A DNA stretch of 64,000 nucleotides from Octopus sinensis. Lineage: Eukaryota. Below the pieces are notes generated by a model. It searched no databases. It was given only the letters and a program-made list of their open reading frames with translations, and was not told the origin of the DNA. Positions 39,428-51,994 of this stretch are shown one piece after another. Positions within the stretch are counted from its first letter, which is position 1, and every line of letters begins with the position of its first letter. The translations under genes and the position numbers were made by a program. The stretch spans positions 100,254,001-100,318,000 of the forward strand of contig NC_043001.1 of assembly GCF_006345805.1 (NCBI RefSeq), given 5' to 3'.

Positions 39428-40679
39428 ACAGTATGTATACTTACCTATCTCATTATCTCTTTCTCTCAATATAAATATGTATCTACACACATATATAGAT
39501 ACATACAGATACATATATGTACATGTGTATGTGTAAGTGTACATACATATGCACACGCACATACATGCACACACATGCATGCACACATGCACACATGCAC
39601 ACACACACACACATTATATTTGTGTTGTTATGATATGGTTGTCTGTTCATCTGCGTGTTTATCAATTCAGTGTGGAAGTTGAATGGATTATAATTAAACT
39701 AACTCTGAAACAGAAAATATATTTAAATTATAGATTATGTATTCAAAAGTTGAAAAATTCAGTCTTGCACAGCAAAGATAGTAAATTTCATAGAATGTAA
39801 GGCATATTTACCATTCTTTCTGAATAGAAATTACAAAATATTCAACCATTTTAGAATTTGATAATTAGTGATATATATATATATATATATATATATAAAT
39901 GAATGAAAGCTAATACAAAAAAAGTAAACCATCTGTTTTGTTCATTAAAAGGTAAAGTTAGTCGTGATAGTGCAACTATTATTTTTGTCTACAATCTCTG
40001 TTTCAGGATTAATCTTTCATTTTAAGTCTGTTGTTTTACAATAAAACAAGACATAGAAATGTAAAAATTAAAAATACAATGCAAAATATCGGTGATTTAT
40101 ATTTATATGTCCTTATCTTAAATAAGTTTTTTTTTGATTATTCATTGGGAAGCGAAAGGAGATTTGAAGTGCATGACAGTTAAGTACTATGCTAAATATA
40201 ATTATGGTTCCTATTGTTTTATTGTAGTTTTTGTATTTCTTTTCATAACTAGAATAAAGTAAAAATAGAAATAAAAATAAATAAATTCTACAAAATGAGA
40301 AATCTGTGGCATTCAAAGTTCAGTGGGTGACTAGTTTTTGTAAATTGAAAAGTAGGAAATTTATATTTTCTACAAAGTATGGAATATGGAAATTTGAACT
40401 TGGTATCAGAGTGTTGATTCAGTTTGGAAATTGTTATTTCAATAACTCAACTTTGGAATCAATCCACAAAAATATGAATTGCATTCATTAATTGGGAAAG
40501 TATATTTTTAGAATTAATAAAAATATTATTGTGTTTTTGCAAAGCAAGTTTGTAATATGTCAAAGACACTAGAATACCTTAGTACTGGAATGGCTTTGAA
40601 CAATTTGTTGTATTACTCACTAACAAAACTCCTGTGCTTGATGCTCTGCTGTGGTCAGTCTAGGATTTTTTTTCACCAG

Positions 40680-40880
40680 TACTACCTGACTGGCCCTTGT
40701 GTCGGTGGCACATAAAAGCACCCACTACACTTTCAGGGTGGTTGGTTTTAGCAAGGGCATCCAGCTGCAGAAACTCTGCCAGATCAGATTAGAGCCTGGT
40801 GCTGCCATCTGGCTCAGCAGTCCTCAGTCAAATCGTCCAACCCATGCCAGCATGGAAAACGGACGTTAAATGATGATGTT
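40680..40880 (+). mobile_element. RTE 3' UTR with (GAT)n tail
   Basis: gtcggtggcacataaaagcacccactacac...ggacgttaaatgatgatg. Confidence 0.8.
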
Positions 40881-41942
40881 TCTTTAACCTATATCTACAC
40901 AGTAAAATGAGTTTTTTGGTTACTATGTAATAATATTTATTTAAATAAATCCCTTATTCTACTTTGCTAGATTATATGATGATGTAGCCATATGATGATG
41001 ATGATGATGATGATTGTGGTGGTGGTGCTACTGGTGAGGAGGAGGATGAGGAAAAGGAAGAAGAGGTGAACAGTGATGATATCTGCTTCCCCATACTTGC
41101 AAAACATCTGATGACCAATAAGATATGAAAGATGACAATGATTGACAAGAAAGAAAGGAACATCATGGCATTCCAAAGACACGTCTTATAGAATCAGGAA
41201 CACTTTATGAGAGAGAGAGAGAGAGAGAGACTATAGCTTTTCTTGGCCACAGAAAAAGGTTTAGTTCAGAGCAGGGAGCATAGTGAGGATTTTGCTGCCA
41301 GAAATGCATGGCTGAAGACAGTGGTGCAGTCCAGCGAGAGAGGAAAGGAATGGATTCTCTCGACTTTGACTTAACTTATGTCTGATGGACTTGTCAACCA
41401 TGGTGTGTGATTGGCAGAATAACTAACAACGAGCACGGATCATTTAAGCTTGCACATTCTATGGGCTGTTTGTCATAAAACATTTACATCCAGAATAAAA
41501 CCCAGCTCAAAGATTCTCAGAAGCATTCTCCATTCTAAGTCCTGGCACCAACTTGGCCTGACGCTCTCAAGACTGAAGAAATGTACTTGGGATTAGATTC
41601 TCTCATGATACTGACTATGGCAGGGATCACACTCGTGTTTGATGCAGAATAAAATGCTAACCAAAGAAAATACTCATTATGGCACTCATTGATGCCAAAA
41701 TGACAATCAGGCAAAATAGCAAGGATAATTGAGCTACCAGAGAATGCTCTGCCTGCAGACTCCACTGAAAGAGATGCACAGATGAGATGGCATTCTCTCA
41801 GAGACACTACACATAACCATAGCAGAAGCCTTGAAGACACGGAATTGGTATGGAGCAATCTTGAATAAGATTGTCATTACTGTCATTAGGGCAGGGCATG
41901 TTGCACTACTTGAACATCAAGACTACTGCACCCAGGTACCCT

Positions 41943-42178
41943 CATATATTTCTTTATTGCCCACAGAGGGCTAAACACAGAGGGGACAAACAAGGACAGA
42001 CAAACAGATTAAGTCGGTTACATCGACCCCAGTATGTAACTGGTACTTAACTTATTAACCCCAAAAGGATGAAAGGCAAAGTCGACCTCGGCAGAATTTG
42101 AACACAGAACGTAATAGCAGCCGAAATACCGCTAAGCACTTCGCCTGACATGCTAACGATTCTGCCAGCTTGCCACCT
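41943..42178 (-). mobile_element. Full-length SINE family D with 11-bp TSD
   Basis: TSD CCAGGTACCCT at 41932-41942 and 42179-42189; body collinear with 12421-12652. Confidence 0.88.
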
Positions 42179-42329
42179 CCAGGTACCCTTATAAGCACTA
42201 AAATCAGCAAGGAGGTTCAGAAAACAGCCAGATGCTATTCTAATGACTGATTTTTACAGTTTTGCGAAAATATTCAATTAACAATGAGATCTTGTCTTAC
42301 ACCTAGATAGCTCACCTCTTCACCCTACT

Positions 42330-42600
42330 TCAATAATGATGTCCTTACTAGCGGGCTATGAACATCATGCATTAGATGGATGGACTCAAAAGACCTACTA
42401 TATGGGGAACTGACCTCTATCTAGAGAACACAGGGTTGATCCCATCTTAATCTCAAAGACATTTGCATGAGAGGTATGAAATTTATTAATTGGATCTGGA
42501 ATTAGCCAAGGGCATCAAAGACTGTCTCTTTTGTGTGGGTCTCTAGTCACAACAAACACTGCTCTACAACAAGACTGAAGCAAGACTTTCCATGCACAGG
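42330..42600 (+). mobile_element. Old RTE (BovB-like) 3' remnant
   Basis: Decayed match to RW.GH..RM...R.PK.LLYGEL...R..G.P....KD..KR.MK (gacctactatatggggaactgacc). Confidence 0.5.
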
Positions 42601-42962
42601 GACATATCCTAGCAATACTGAGAGATGTCTCCAATAAAGTCTGAAACTGACCGGTTTCATACTCATGTTTTGCTGTGGACAACTTTGAAAATGTTTACGG
42701 TAAAACTACGGTCAGTTGTATACAATATGCGCTTAAATCCATCGTTTTTAATAAGGGAATAATTTTAATTAATTAGAAAAAACAAACGGATGTAAAGCAT
42801 ATCCCCATCTTATTTCTATACAACAGGGCTTTATGCTATATTCATATAAAATATCCATTTCAAAATTTTAGAATGAATTTAGGCACCTAATAATGAAGTA
42901 CTCAAATTCTTTTATAAAGATAGTGGCAGTTAATCGCACAAGATGCAATATGTACTTAGAAA

Positions 42963-43043
<81 letters not shown>

Positions 43044-43130
43044 ACTATTACTACTACTACTACTACTGCTACTGCTGCTGCTGCTACCACCACCACCTAC
43101 AACAGCAGCAACAACAACAACAACAACCAC
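42963..43130. repeat. Compound (TAC)n/(TGC)n/(CAC)n/(CAA)n microsatellite
   Basis: In-register blocks of related triplets; source of the poly-Y/C/L/S ORFs in the track. Confidence 0.95.
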
Positions 43131-45395
43131 CTCTTCTTTTTTTCTATTATAACTCCATTCACATTTATGATGCTTCATAAATCTATTAAATTGACTTCAG
43201 AGTCTAATCTTTTATTGAGATTTTTTATCACACAACAGGTGAACAAAACTAAATCTACCTGATGGTTTCCAACAGGTTCATTACTAGCTCACTGTATTTC
43301 CTGAGGATGAGTTTGACAAAGGAGTGTCTTAGTCAATGCATAACAATTATATCAAGGAACTTGCTTTCTTGACCACTTACTGGACTTCTATCCAGGTAGG
43401 CTGGTTCACATGGCTCAATCAAAGACTGACAATAGGTCAGATTTCTATATAAAATCGAGTTGGCCACTTCTTCACCTCCTTGAACTGTTGCATTAGGCTT
43501 TTTAGCTCCTCCTGGGTTGAAGGAGGCCACTAGTTCCATTGTTCATGATGCAAGGAAAGTTTCACTGCTTTCTGTGCTCTATCCTAAATTTCTGAGCTGC
43601 TTGGCTCTCATGTATGGCAACCATTGTCTAAAAGTGGTTTTGGAGACTGTGGAGGTAACTCAGGACCTGGTTCCTTCTTCATCTAACCATTGTTGGTCTC
43701 TTAGCACTGTGACATTAGAAAGTATATGAAACATGTGGTGTTTCAGAGGAGGTTCTAACGTCTTGAGTTATAGCAAAGAGGAGAAAAATAATTAGGTAAA
43801 GGAAAGAAGCATAGTAATGACAAGGAATTTATGAAGTCCTTTTTAAAGTGAGGGCTTAGTATAAAAAGGTAGTTGGAGAGAAGGATAGCTGAACTTGAAG
43901 TAGAGACACAAATTGGGTAATACAGTGAGTTAGGAGAGTAAAATGGGAAGAGAGAGATAGTAAAAAGTGGAGAGAATAAGTATGGAGAGAAAGAAGAAGG
44001 GGAGAAAGGAGAGAAAATAACAAGAGGGGGAGAGAAAGTGAAAGATGAGTGGTGGGAGCTCAAAATGATGCTGCATATTGGTGTTTGCGTATAGTGGAGT
44101 GAAGTGAAATATAGAATGTTGTTGTATTAATGTAGGAGTTAAACAAGTCGAGGAAGAGCAAGTTTGTGTATGCATGTGTGCAACACTCATTCATGCAATA
44201 AAATGCATTCAGCTAATAATGTAAATACACACACGATTAAAAAGAAAATGACTGACTTATATATTGCTTAAGATTGAGTGAAGATGGAAGATTATCACAG
44301 AGAAATTGACACTAGATTAATGAAGTCGTCTTATTTATTTCAAGAAAACAGGAAATGTGTAAGAAATTTGTTTTTAAAGTAGGAGAGTGAAAAGAGGAAG
44401 GCATTTTTCTCTGCCCATAGGGAAAGAAGCTTAAGACTGAAAACAGCTTAAGTATTTGGATTTTCTTAAGAAAAAAAAAACCTAAAAATACTTTCAAATA
44501 ATATGGAAATGAAATAAGGAAAATAGGGGTTTTGTAGAAGGAATGAGATCAAGAAGAGAGAAAACAAACTGAGAAAAAAGAAAAAGAAAACAATGGGAAA
44601 TTGTCGAATGATTAACTTACCCAATGTCTTTTGACGGCTACTGAGACATCAAAGTCTTTAGTTTTTTAAGGTAAAATGTGTACTATTCAAACTTTGCTTT
44701 TGAAAATCAAAAATGTCAAAACAGAAATGAAAGAAGAGAAGAAATAAGAATATAATGAACCTACTCAAGATATGATATCTTTGGAGGCAAATAAGAGAAA
44801 AAGAAACAGGCTAAAGATTGTTTTGATTAATATAACATTATATACAATCCTGGGCCTAAAGCTAGAAATCAAAGCAAAGCATGTTGTTGACTGAGCCAGA
44901 AAATGTTTTGCCATAAGCTGAAACCAGCTAATTTCTGTTGAAGAGCAATAAAACAAATTTGACATTGGATGTTTAAGTGTTTTCTTAATTTATCCTCTAA
45001 ATTTGTCTAACTTTTTAAATAGAAAACATATACATACTTTCTGTCACTTTCTGTATTTCAGTTTTCCTTTTTCTTCATTCTCATCCTGCATTCTTTCGGT
45101 TAATTCAATGTGGAAGCTTCCCTCACAGAACTTTATTGCCACCAATTAATGGTTGTTCAGATTTACCCAGGAGGGATTATTCAATGAACCTGGAGCGATT
45201 ATTTCTGATTGGAATTTTACATAAGTGCAATTTTTGAAACCAATGAAAGCGGTATTTCATTAAGAATTGAGAAAAAGAAAAAAAGAAAAATGAAAATCAT
45301 CAAAAATCTGCTGAAGGAAAAAATATTCCAAGTTTGTTTGTTTTTACTGAGTCAAAAGAATTGAATCCAACCTAAAAAAAAAAAAATACAGGCAA

Positions 45396-45585
45396 AAGTG
45401 TGGCTGTGTGATAAGAAGCTTGCTTGCCAACCACATGTTTCTGGGTTCAGTACCACTGCATGGCACCTTGGGCAAGTCCCACTACCCTATATTCTGTCCC
45501 ACTGCATGGCACCTTGGGCAAGGCTCTCTGCTCTCTGTTCAGCCCCACTACATGGCACCTTAGGCAAGTGTCTTCTACTACAGTT
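45396..45585 (+). mobile_element. SINE family A head with triplicated B-box-adjacent segment
   Basis: The segment (gttcag)tcccactgcatggcaccttgggcaag occurs three times in tandem; the body is absent. Confidence 0.75.
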
Positions 45586-46919
45586 ATAATTGGTGGTCAT
45601 ATATCAAAACCACATGAATATAGATGAAGTCAGTCAACAAAGATATAGAACAGAGATGGTTGAGCCAACATTCAATAAATGGAGGTTTACTCCTCTCCCT
45701 AAAATCATCTTGTCTCTATCTTTTATAGACATAAGGTCTATTATGTCCCTCTGTAAGATTACAAGATATAGTACAAAGAAGATTTGGTGACTAATTCTAG
45801 CATGTTGAGCAACCAGAAAAGTGTTTCTTGTTGGTTTGTGGTCAGTTGGTAGTATATTCCTGTTCCTATAGAAGTGGTGATATTCTGTCTGTATTCGTGT
45901 TCATAAATATAGAATATATCCATGTCTCTAACAATGTATTAATGGGTCTGTATTAAGATAGATCAAGTACTGTAGCCATATCTATGGGCCCATAGAGCAT
46001 TCAATGTTAGCTGTGTGAGCGACTAAGTGCTGTATTCTTGTATTTCTAGAGAAAGTCAATGGTTGAGTGTTGTATCCATTAGTTTATAAAGTTAGTGAAG
46101 TATTAGTGTATTCATGTAACTACACCGGGATTAAAGATCAAATGCAAGTTATGTAATTATACAGGGATTAAGGAAGCAATACAATTGCAAGGGGATTATG
46201 AAGCTAGACCGAAAAGAAAAGAGAGAATGAGTTGGCCACAAGTATAAAAATACTGCCAGTTCAATTAATTGTTGAGCACATATCAGACTTGTTAACAATT
46301 CACACACAGATTACCATTAATTTGCCTTTAAAATGATAATTTGCTTAATATCACTCTCTTCTCTTATCTTTCTCTATCGTCTTTATTTGATGTTAAAAAA
46401 AACTTTGGTTTTTTTATACATGATCCAAACATCTTTGCAATCTGATAAGAGAACCAAGATCTCCTGCGTGAATCTAATGCTTTGTGTATCGAGGGACCAT
46501 CTCTATAAAAACAGACAAGAAACTCTTTTCTAAACTATTCTTAGATATTTCCCTTGCACGTGATTTGTAAACAACGGATTGATAGTCAAACCATTCTTCT
46601 ATAATACTTACATGCAAACCAATCTTCTAATAACCAAAGACTTTATCTTTTACCTTTCACTTGTTAGAGTGCGACCAAGCTGGAGCACTGTCTTGAAGAA
46701 TTTTTAGTTGAATGAATGAATACCAGGACTTGTGTTTTTTTAAAGCCTGATACTTATTATGTTGGTCTCTTTTGTCAAACTGCTAAGTTATGGGGTTTAT
46801 AAAGAAACCAGCACCAATTGTCAAGTGGTGGTGGTGGTGGGGGGGACACAGACACACAGACACACACATGCATACACATACACATACACTCTCTCACACA
46901 CGCACATTCAAATATTCAT

Positions 46920-47038
46920 TATTATTCTCACACAAGAATGTTGTTGACAGTGACTTTGGAGTTTTGGCCAGCGAAGCTATCGTTGGCTGGCCAAAACTTC
47001 GAAGTCACTCTCAACAACATTCTTGTACAAGAATAATA
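46920..47038. other. About 120-nt near-perfect hairpin (MITE or structured RNA)
   Basis: 41-bp arms 46932-46972 and 46986-47026 with 3 differences, 13-nt loop, extra 9-bp basal stem TATTATTCT/AGAATAATA. Confidence 0.85.
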
Positions 47039-47267
47039 AATTTGTATGCTGCAAAAGTATAGAATATTATTGTAAAACTGTTTTCATAACTGAACACAAA
47101 AAGAAACATTAATATAGGATTCCAAGAAGCTTCAGATGAGGAACATGAAGGATTCCAAGAAGCAAGCCAGTTTGGAAAAGGAGGATCTGGAGGCTTAAGG
47201 ATCTTCTGAATAGTCAAAGGCTTAGAGAAGTCCTTATTGAAGCATTTTAGGAGGAGGAAGAGTTACA

Positions 47268-47924
47268 GACATGTAACATGGAGGATAACTGGGAGTTTCT
47301 AGGAGACAACTCACAGAGAGTCACAGACCAAATTTGTGGCTGCTACAAAGTTCCAACCAGACCCAGGGAGATATGGTGGTGGAACAGTGTAGCTGACAGG
47401 ACCATTAGAGCAAAGAAGCAGGCCTGGAAGGACTGGAAAGGTGGTGGTAAAAGAACTATATCAGGTAGCTAGAAGGGAAGCTAGGTGGCAGGTATACATA
47501 GCCAGGGGTGAAGCAGAAAGGAAGAAGTTTACCAATGTTTTGCAGTGGGAGGACCAAATAATGAGGAGACAAAGTATGATATTTGGATGTTGGATCCGAT
47601 AGAGATGATAACAAATGATCAAGACCTTTGGGGATTTGTTTGAGAAGACCCGTGAAGCCAAGTGAAACCATAATCATAACCAGTACCAGTGGCATGCAAA
47701 AGGCACCTGTGCCTCTGACAGGTTAGAGGCATCCATGCTGGTGACATGTGAAAGGCACCCATGCTTGTAACACGTAAAAGGTACCCCCTACACTCTCCGA
47801 GTGGTTGGCATTAGGAAGGGCATCTAGCCGTAGACACCATACCAAATCAGATTGGAACCTGGTACAGCTCTCAACCCATGCTAGCATGGAAATCAGATGC
47901 TAAATGATGATGATGATGATGATA
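47268..47924 (+). mobile_element. Internally deleted RTE copy (EN-RT linker, C-terminus, 3' UTR, tail)
   Basis: MEDNWEFLGDNSQRVTDQICGCYKVPTRPREIWWWNSVADRTIRAKKQAWKDWK, then the DQDLW...EKTR-like terminus, motif array and (GAT)n. Confidence 0.7.
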
Positions 47925-47929
47925 TATAC

Positions 47930-48080
47930 ATATGATGGGTTTCTTTCAGTTTCCATCTATCAGATTCACTCACAAGGCCTGAGGCTATAGTAGAAAACAC
48001 TTGTCCAAGGTACCTCACTGTGGAACTGAACCTGGAACTATGTGGTTGGGAAGCAAGCTTCTTACCACACAGCTATGCCT
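47930..48080 (-). mobile_element. SINE family A 5' half
   Basis: gggtttctttcagtttccatc...gcaagcttcttaccacacagctatgcc. Confidence 0.75.
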
Positions 48081-48180
48081 GTGGTAATATGGCAGTATAG
48101 TAGAGACTGAACGTATACAGCACAGTAGTGTGACTCGAAGTGTAAAGGTTGTGTGAACCCCAGAGGTCAGTGTGTTTGGG

Positions 48181-49052
48181 TGAAGTTAATGAGGCAAATA
48201 TTCAATTTAAATTCTTAGAAGTTTGAGATCAAGTTCCAGAAAGAAGGTATGAAGAAATATATATTTATTGTTAAAAGTATTCTATGTTTAAGGAAAGGCC
48301 CAGCCAATTTGGCTACCCCACAGGCTGACCAAACCGATATTAGGCTACTAAAACAGCCAGTGTCTAAACTGACATAAAATTAAATACAGCGTTGGCAATC
48401 CTATGGATATTGGTACCATGTAAAAAGCCCCTGTGCTGATGCCATGTAAGAGGCTGGCGTCACATAAAAAACACCTTGTACACTCTGTAAAAATGATGGC
48501 ATTAGGAAGGGCATCTATCTGTAGAAACCATGTCAAAACAGACAATTGAGACCTTGTGCTGCCCTCTGGGTTGCCAGCTCCTGTCAAACCATCCAACCCA
48601 TGCCAGCATGGAAAATGGATATTAAATGATGTTGATGATGATGAGGAGGAGGAGGAGGAAGGGGATGACTCCATTACATATTTGGTATATTAACCTGGAA
48701 ATTATTTATATTACTAATTGAATATTTAATTAATTATTTGGTTTTGGAGGAAGAGGTTTTGTCTTCACCACCCTTCCAAAGCCTTCTGGGACTCTTCAGA
48801 TCAATGCATTTGATAGTCTTCTTTCGATTGGTTACTTACAATGAATTACAGATCTGCTGGAGCAGGCAGAGAACTGAGATTTCTATTTTATTTCTTTCTG
48901 AAGGAAGGTCAATGCTTAGAGGGTTTCCAGGTGTTTTTAGAGTGGAAGTATAGATAACTGGATGAAGTTAATGAGGCAAATATTCATTTTAAATTCTTAG
49001 AAGTTTGAGAAGAAGTTCCAGATAAAAGGTATGAAGAAATATACATTTGTTG
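48181..49052. repeat. About 90-bp direct repeat pair (48181-48272 and 48963-49052)
   Basis: tgaagttaatgaggcaaatattca(a/t)tttaaattcttagaagtttgaga..aagttccaga.a.aaggtatgaagaaatata occurs twice, 782 bp apart, bracketing RTE debris. Confidence 0.9.
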
Positions 49053-49574
49053 TCTGTTGTTTAGCTGTTGGTCTGCTTGTAAAAGTTTGTGGTCAAAATC
49101 TGTCTTAGCTGTGACCATCTGGTTGTTTTGTATTTTAGACAGTGCATTCAAAACTACATTATCATTTAAGTTCCTGTTAATAAGCTGTATTTAATTTGTT
49201 GGAGATATGACAGCTATTACTAGCAGAGTGAGTGACTGTGATATGGTTCCCTAATTACTTTGAGGGAAATACTTACAATGGAATGTAGATTAATAGACAT
49301 AATAACTGTTTCATCATGAGCAATCTCATCACACAATTATTTAATATTTAATCTTTATTCTCTTCTTTGTTAAATTAGATTAAGGTGCAATTGTTATTGT
49401 CATAACTAATAGCTTTTCTCATCAAAATGATTGCATTTACAATGAAGCTGTGAGTCCCAAAGAAGTAAAATGCATAACAAATTCAAAACGCTGGCTACTT
49501 TAACCTTTTAGAGACTGGCAATTTATTTCAATCAATGGTTGGATTCTGGTCAAGCAGCCAACAATTGTATCACC

Positions 49575-49870
49575 ACCATCATCATCATCATCATTGCTTA
49601 ATGTCCTCCTTCCATGCTGGCATGAGTTGGATGGTTTGACAGGAGCTGGCCAGGCTGGAGGGCTGCACCAAGGTTGTTATGGCTGGATGCTGCACTTCCT
49701 AACACCAACCACTCTGCATAGTGGGCTGAGTGCTGCTTACATGGTACAAGTACAGGTGAGGTTAGTTTGGCATAGCTTTTACAGCTGGATGCCCTTCCAA
49801 ATGCCAACCATTTTACGGTGTGGACTGGATGCTCTTTATATGGCACCATCATTGGCAGGAGTCACCAAGT
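49575..49870 (-). mobile_element. Older RTE 3' UTR copy
   Basis: (CAT)n, then cttccatgctggcatgagttgg, with a duplicated ctggatgcccttcc...ccaacca block. Confidence 0.65.
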
Positions 49871-50018
49871 AACTTTGCTAGACAAGAAATCTTTGAAAGG
49901 AGAGGGGGGGAATTGGAGGAGGGGACCTTATGCCAGATGATGAAGGTTAGAGTGTAACAGTGAGACTGAGAGACGGAGACAGATGTCTTGCTGTCGTGGC
50001 GGTACATGGTTACCAGCT

Positions 50019-50053
<35 letters not shown>

Positions 50054-50929
50054 AAGGGAGAGAGAGAGAGAGAGAAAGGGGGAGAAAGTTAGCATGAAAG
50101 AAGGCAGAAACAGAATTTTTGCTGTAAAGGAGATTCATGGTTACCTAGCTGGAGGGAAGAGCAAGGGATGGAAGGAGAGAGGGAGAGGGAGAGAGAGAGA
50201 GTGATCAAGAATGAAGGTAGAAATAGGTGTGTTGCTGTAGTGGAGACACATGGTTACCGAATCAGAGGGAAGAATATGAGAAAAAGTGAGCGATTGGGAG
50301 GGGGTAAGAGCTGGAGAGAGATGGTGGCAAAGTGCCAGGGTATGTGTCTTAACTGAAATATCATCCTGTGCTTCAAACATTTCAAAAAGAAGATGACTAT
50401 TACAAAAATTGGGAAGGGCACCATCTTATTTGTAAACAAATATTTAAGTGTTTTTTTTTGTTTCTGATCATTAAACAATATATTTGCAGCCTACAAACCA
50501 GCTCCATGTCAAACCGTCCAACCCATGCCAACATGGAAAGCAGATGTTAAATGATGATGATGATGATAATGATGATGATGACGAGTGTTCATAGAATTGA
50601 TGTATAGTGAAACTGTACACCCCTCCTAGTAAAAAGTGGTAGTAGCCAACCAGCGGAAGTTTGAAGGTCGAGAGTACATGTAGACTGTGTTGATATAGTA
50701 ATTCTACTGTGATACTGAGTGGATGTTATAACGATCCAACCTTTTGAGGATAATAACATTGTACGACTGGAGGTTTTACAATGCAAGATAGAAACTTCCT
50801 ATCGATGACTTTGGAATATAACAATATCTCTCAGAGCAACAACCATCGTCAAAGACAGATACAACAATGGCAAAAAACTGCTTAACAAGAATGTATTGCT
50901 CTAGTGCATGTCACATAAGATGGTTATTT

Positions 50930-51232
50930 TCTCTGTTATTCTGTGTGTGATTCTACGACATCTCTTGTGTGTTCATAGCTTACAGTGGGCACAATTGCAT
51001 ATCAAACAAGGCCATTTTCCTGAAGATAGCAGAGCCCTGTCTTCTTCAGAATTGTCAAAATCTTAGTCTTAGCTAACTTTACCTTGAAATCTTTTGATTC
51101 TAGATTTAGCTTCCTTACTTGGAATCTCTTCTCTAATTCTATTATCGATTTAGCTGTAAGAACTAGATCATCAGTATATAAAAACTCATGTGGACAACTA
51201 ATATTAAACTCCTCTGTGGTGACCAGGCAGAG
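50930..51232 (-). mobile_element. RTE RT fragment containing the decayed YADD motif
   Basis: ORF 51002-51244 EEFNISCPHEFLYTDDLVLTAKSIIELEKRFQVRKLNLESKDFKVKLAKTKIL. Confidence 0.8.
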
Positions 51233-51234
51233 GA

Positions 51235-51536
51235 ATACATCCAACTCAAAAACATTTTAGAATTACAATTTGCAAACAATTTTGCTACTTTCTCAAAGTT
51301 TTCATTGAGCAATGGAACATTCCCAACAAGAGTAAGAAAAGATCCACCCAATCTAATGTTTAAGGTTATCAACGATGTTGTTGGGGAGCACATGGAATCA
51401 TGTGATGTTAATTACTGGAATATTAATACTCTTATTTACACAGTTGCTGTTACTTTTAAAGAACACTTAGGAGAAATCTATGGCGAACAAAGTAATGAAA
51501 TTGCTAAACAGAAACAACCAAGATGGCAAACAACAA
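51235..51536 (+). mobile_element. Possible R4/Dong-like non-LTR N-terminal fragment
   Basis: YWNINTLIYTVAVTFKEHLG...KQKQPRWQ echoes the IN.LIY.AA..V....PPW segment upstream of RT in R4-clade ORFs; judged by eye only. Confidence 0.3.
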
Positions 51537-51994
51537 TGGAGGAGTTAGTGCTGCCCTGGGTCAAGAAGGTGGCTGCTGGAAGACCCTATGTCAGGCAACA
51601 GGACTCTGCACCATGCAACACAAGCAGAACCCAGTCATGGCTAACATCTGGCCACCTAACTCCCCAAACTGCAACACCCTTGATTATTATGTGTGGACCA
51701 CAGCTGAGCAAAAGACCAGCAAGACTCCTTGTGACAGCAAAGATGAACTGAAGGCAAGGATTATGGCAGCATTCACCAACTTAAACAAGGAGACCATCCA
51801 GAAGAATTGCAGGAGATTCCAAAGTCATCTGGAGGCCATGGTTGAAGCCAATGGCGATTTTATTGAATAAATTTACTCTTTAGTGTTTCGAGATATTTTT
51901 CTGTGATTTTGGTAAATATATCTGTTAAAATGAGATGTTAGTGTTATTTTCATTTCTGCATAGTTTAGACGACAGTTTTATTCGCTACACCTTC
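51537..51994 (+). mobile_element. Tc1/mariner (maT/DD37D-like) transposase 3' half with terminal repeat, pseudogene
   Basis: EELVLPWVKKVAAGRPYVRQQDSAPC...IWPPNSPNCNTLDYYVW...KDELKARIMAAFTNLNKETIQKNCRRFQSHLEAMVEANGDFIE* across a frameshifting deletion; ends cagttttattcgctacaccttcTA. Confidence 0.85.

Noticed and set aside
47117-47200. AGGATTCCAAGAAGC direct repeat encoding GFQEAS twice
   Set aside because: Short local duplication in a frame bounded by stops, with no splice signals or homology.
51188-51870. 187-aa and 115-aa ORFs as host genes
   Set aside because: They are chance fusions of a non-LTR fragment with a frameshifted mariner transposase 3' half.
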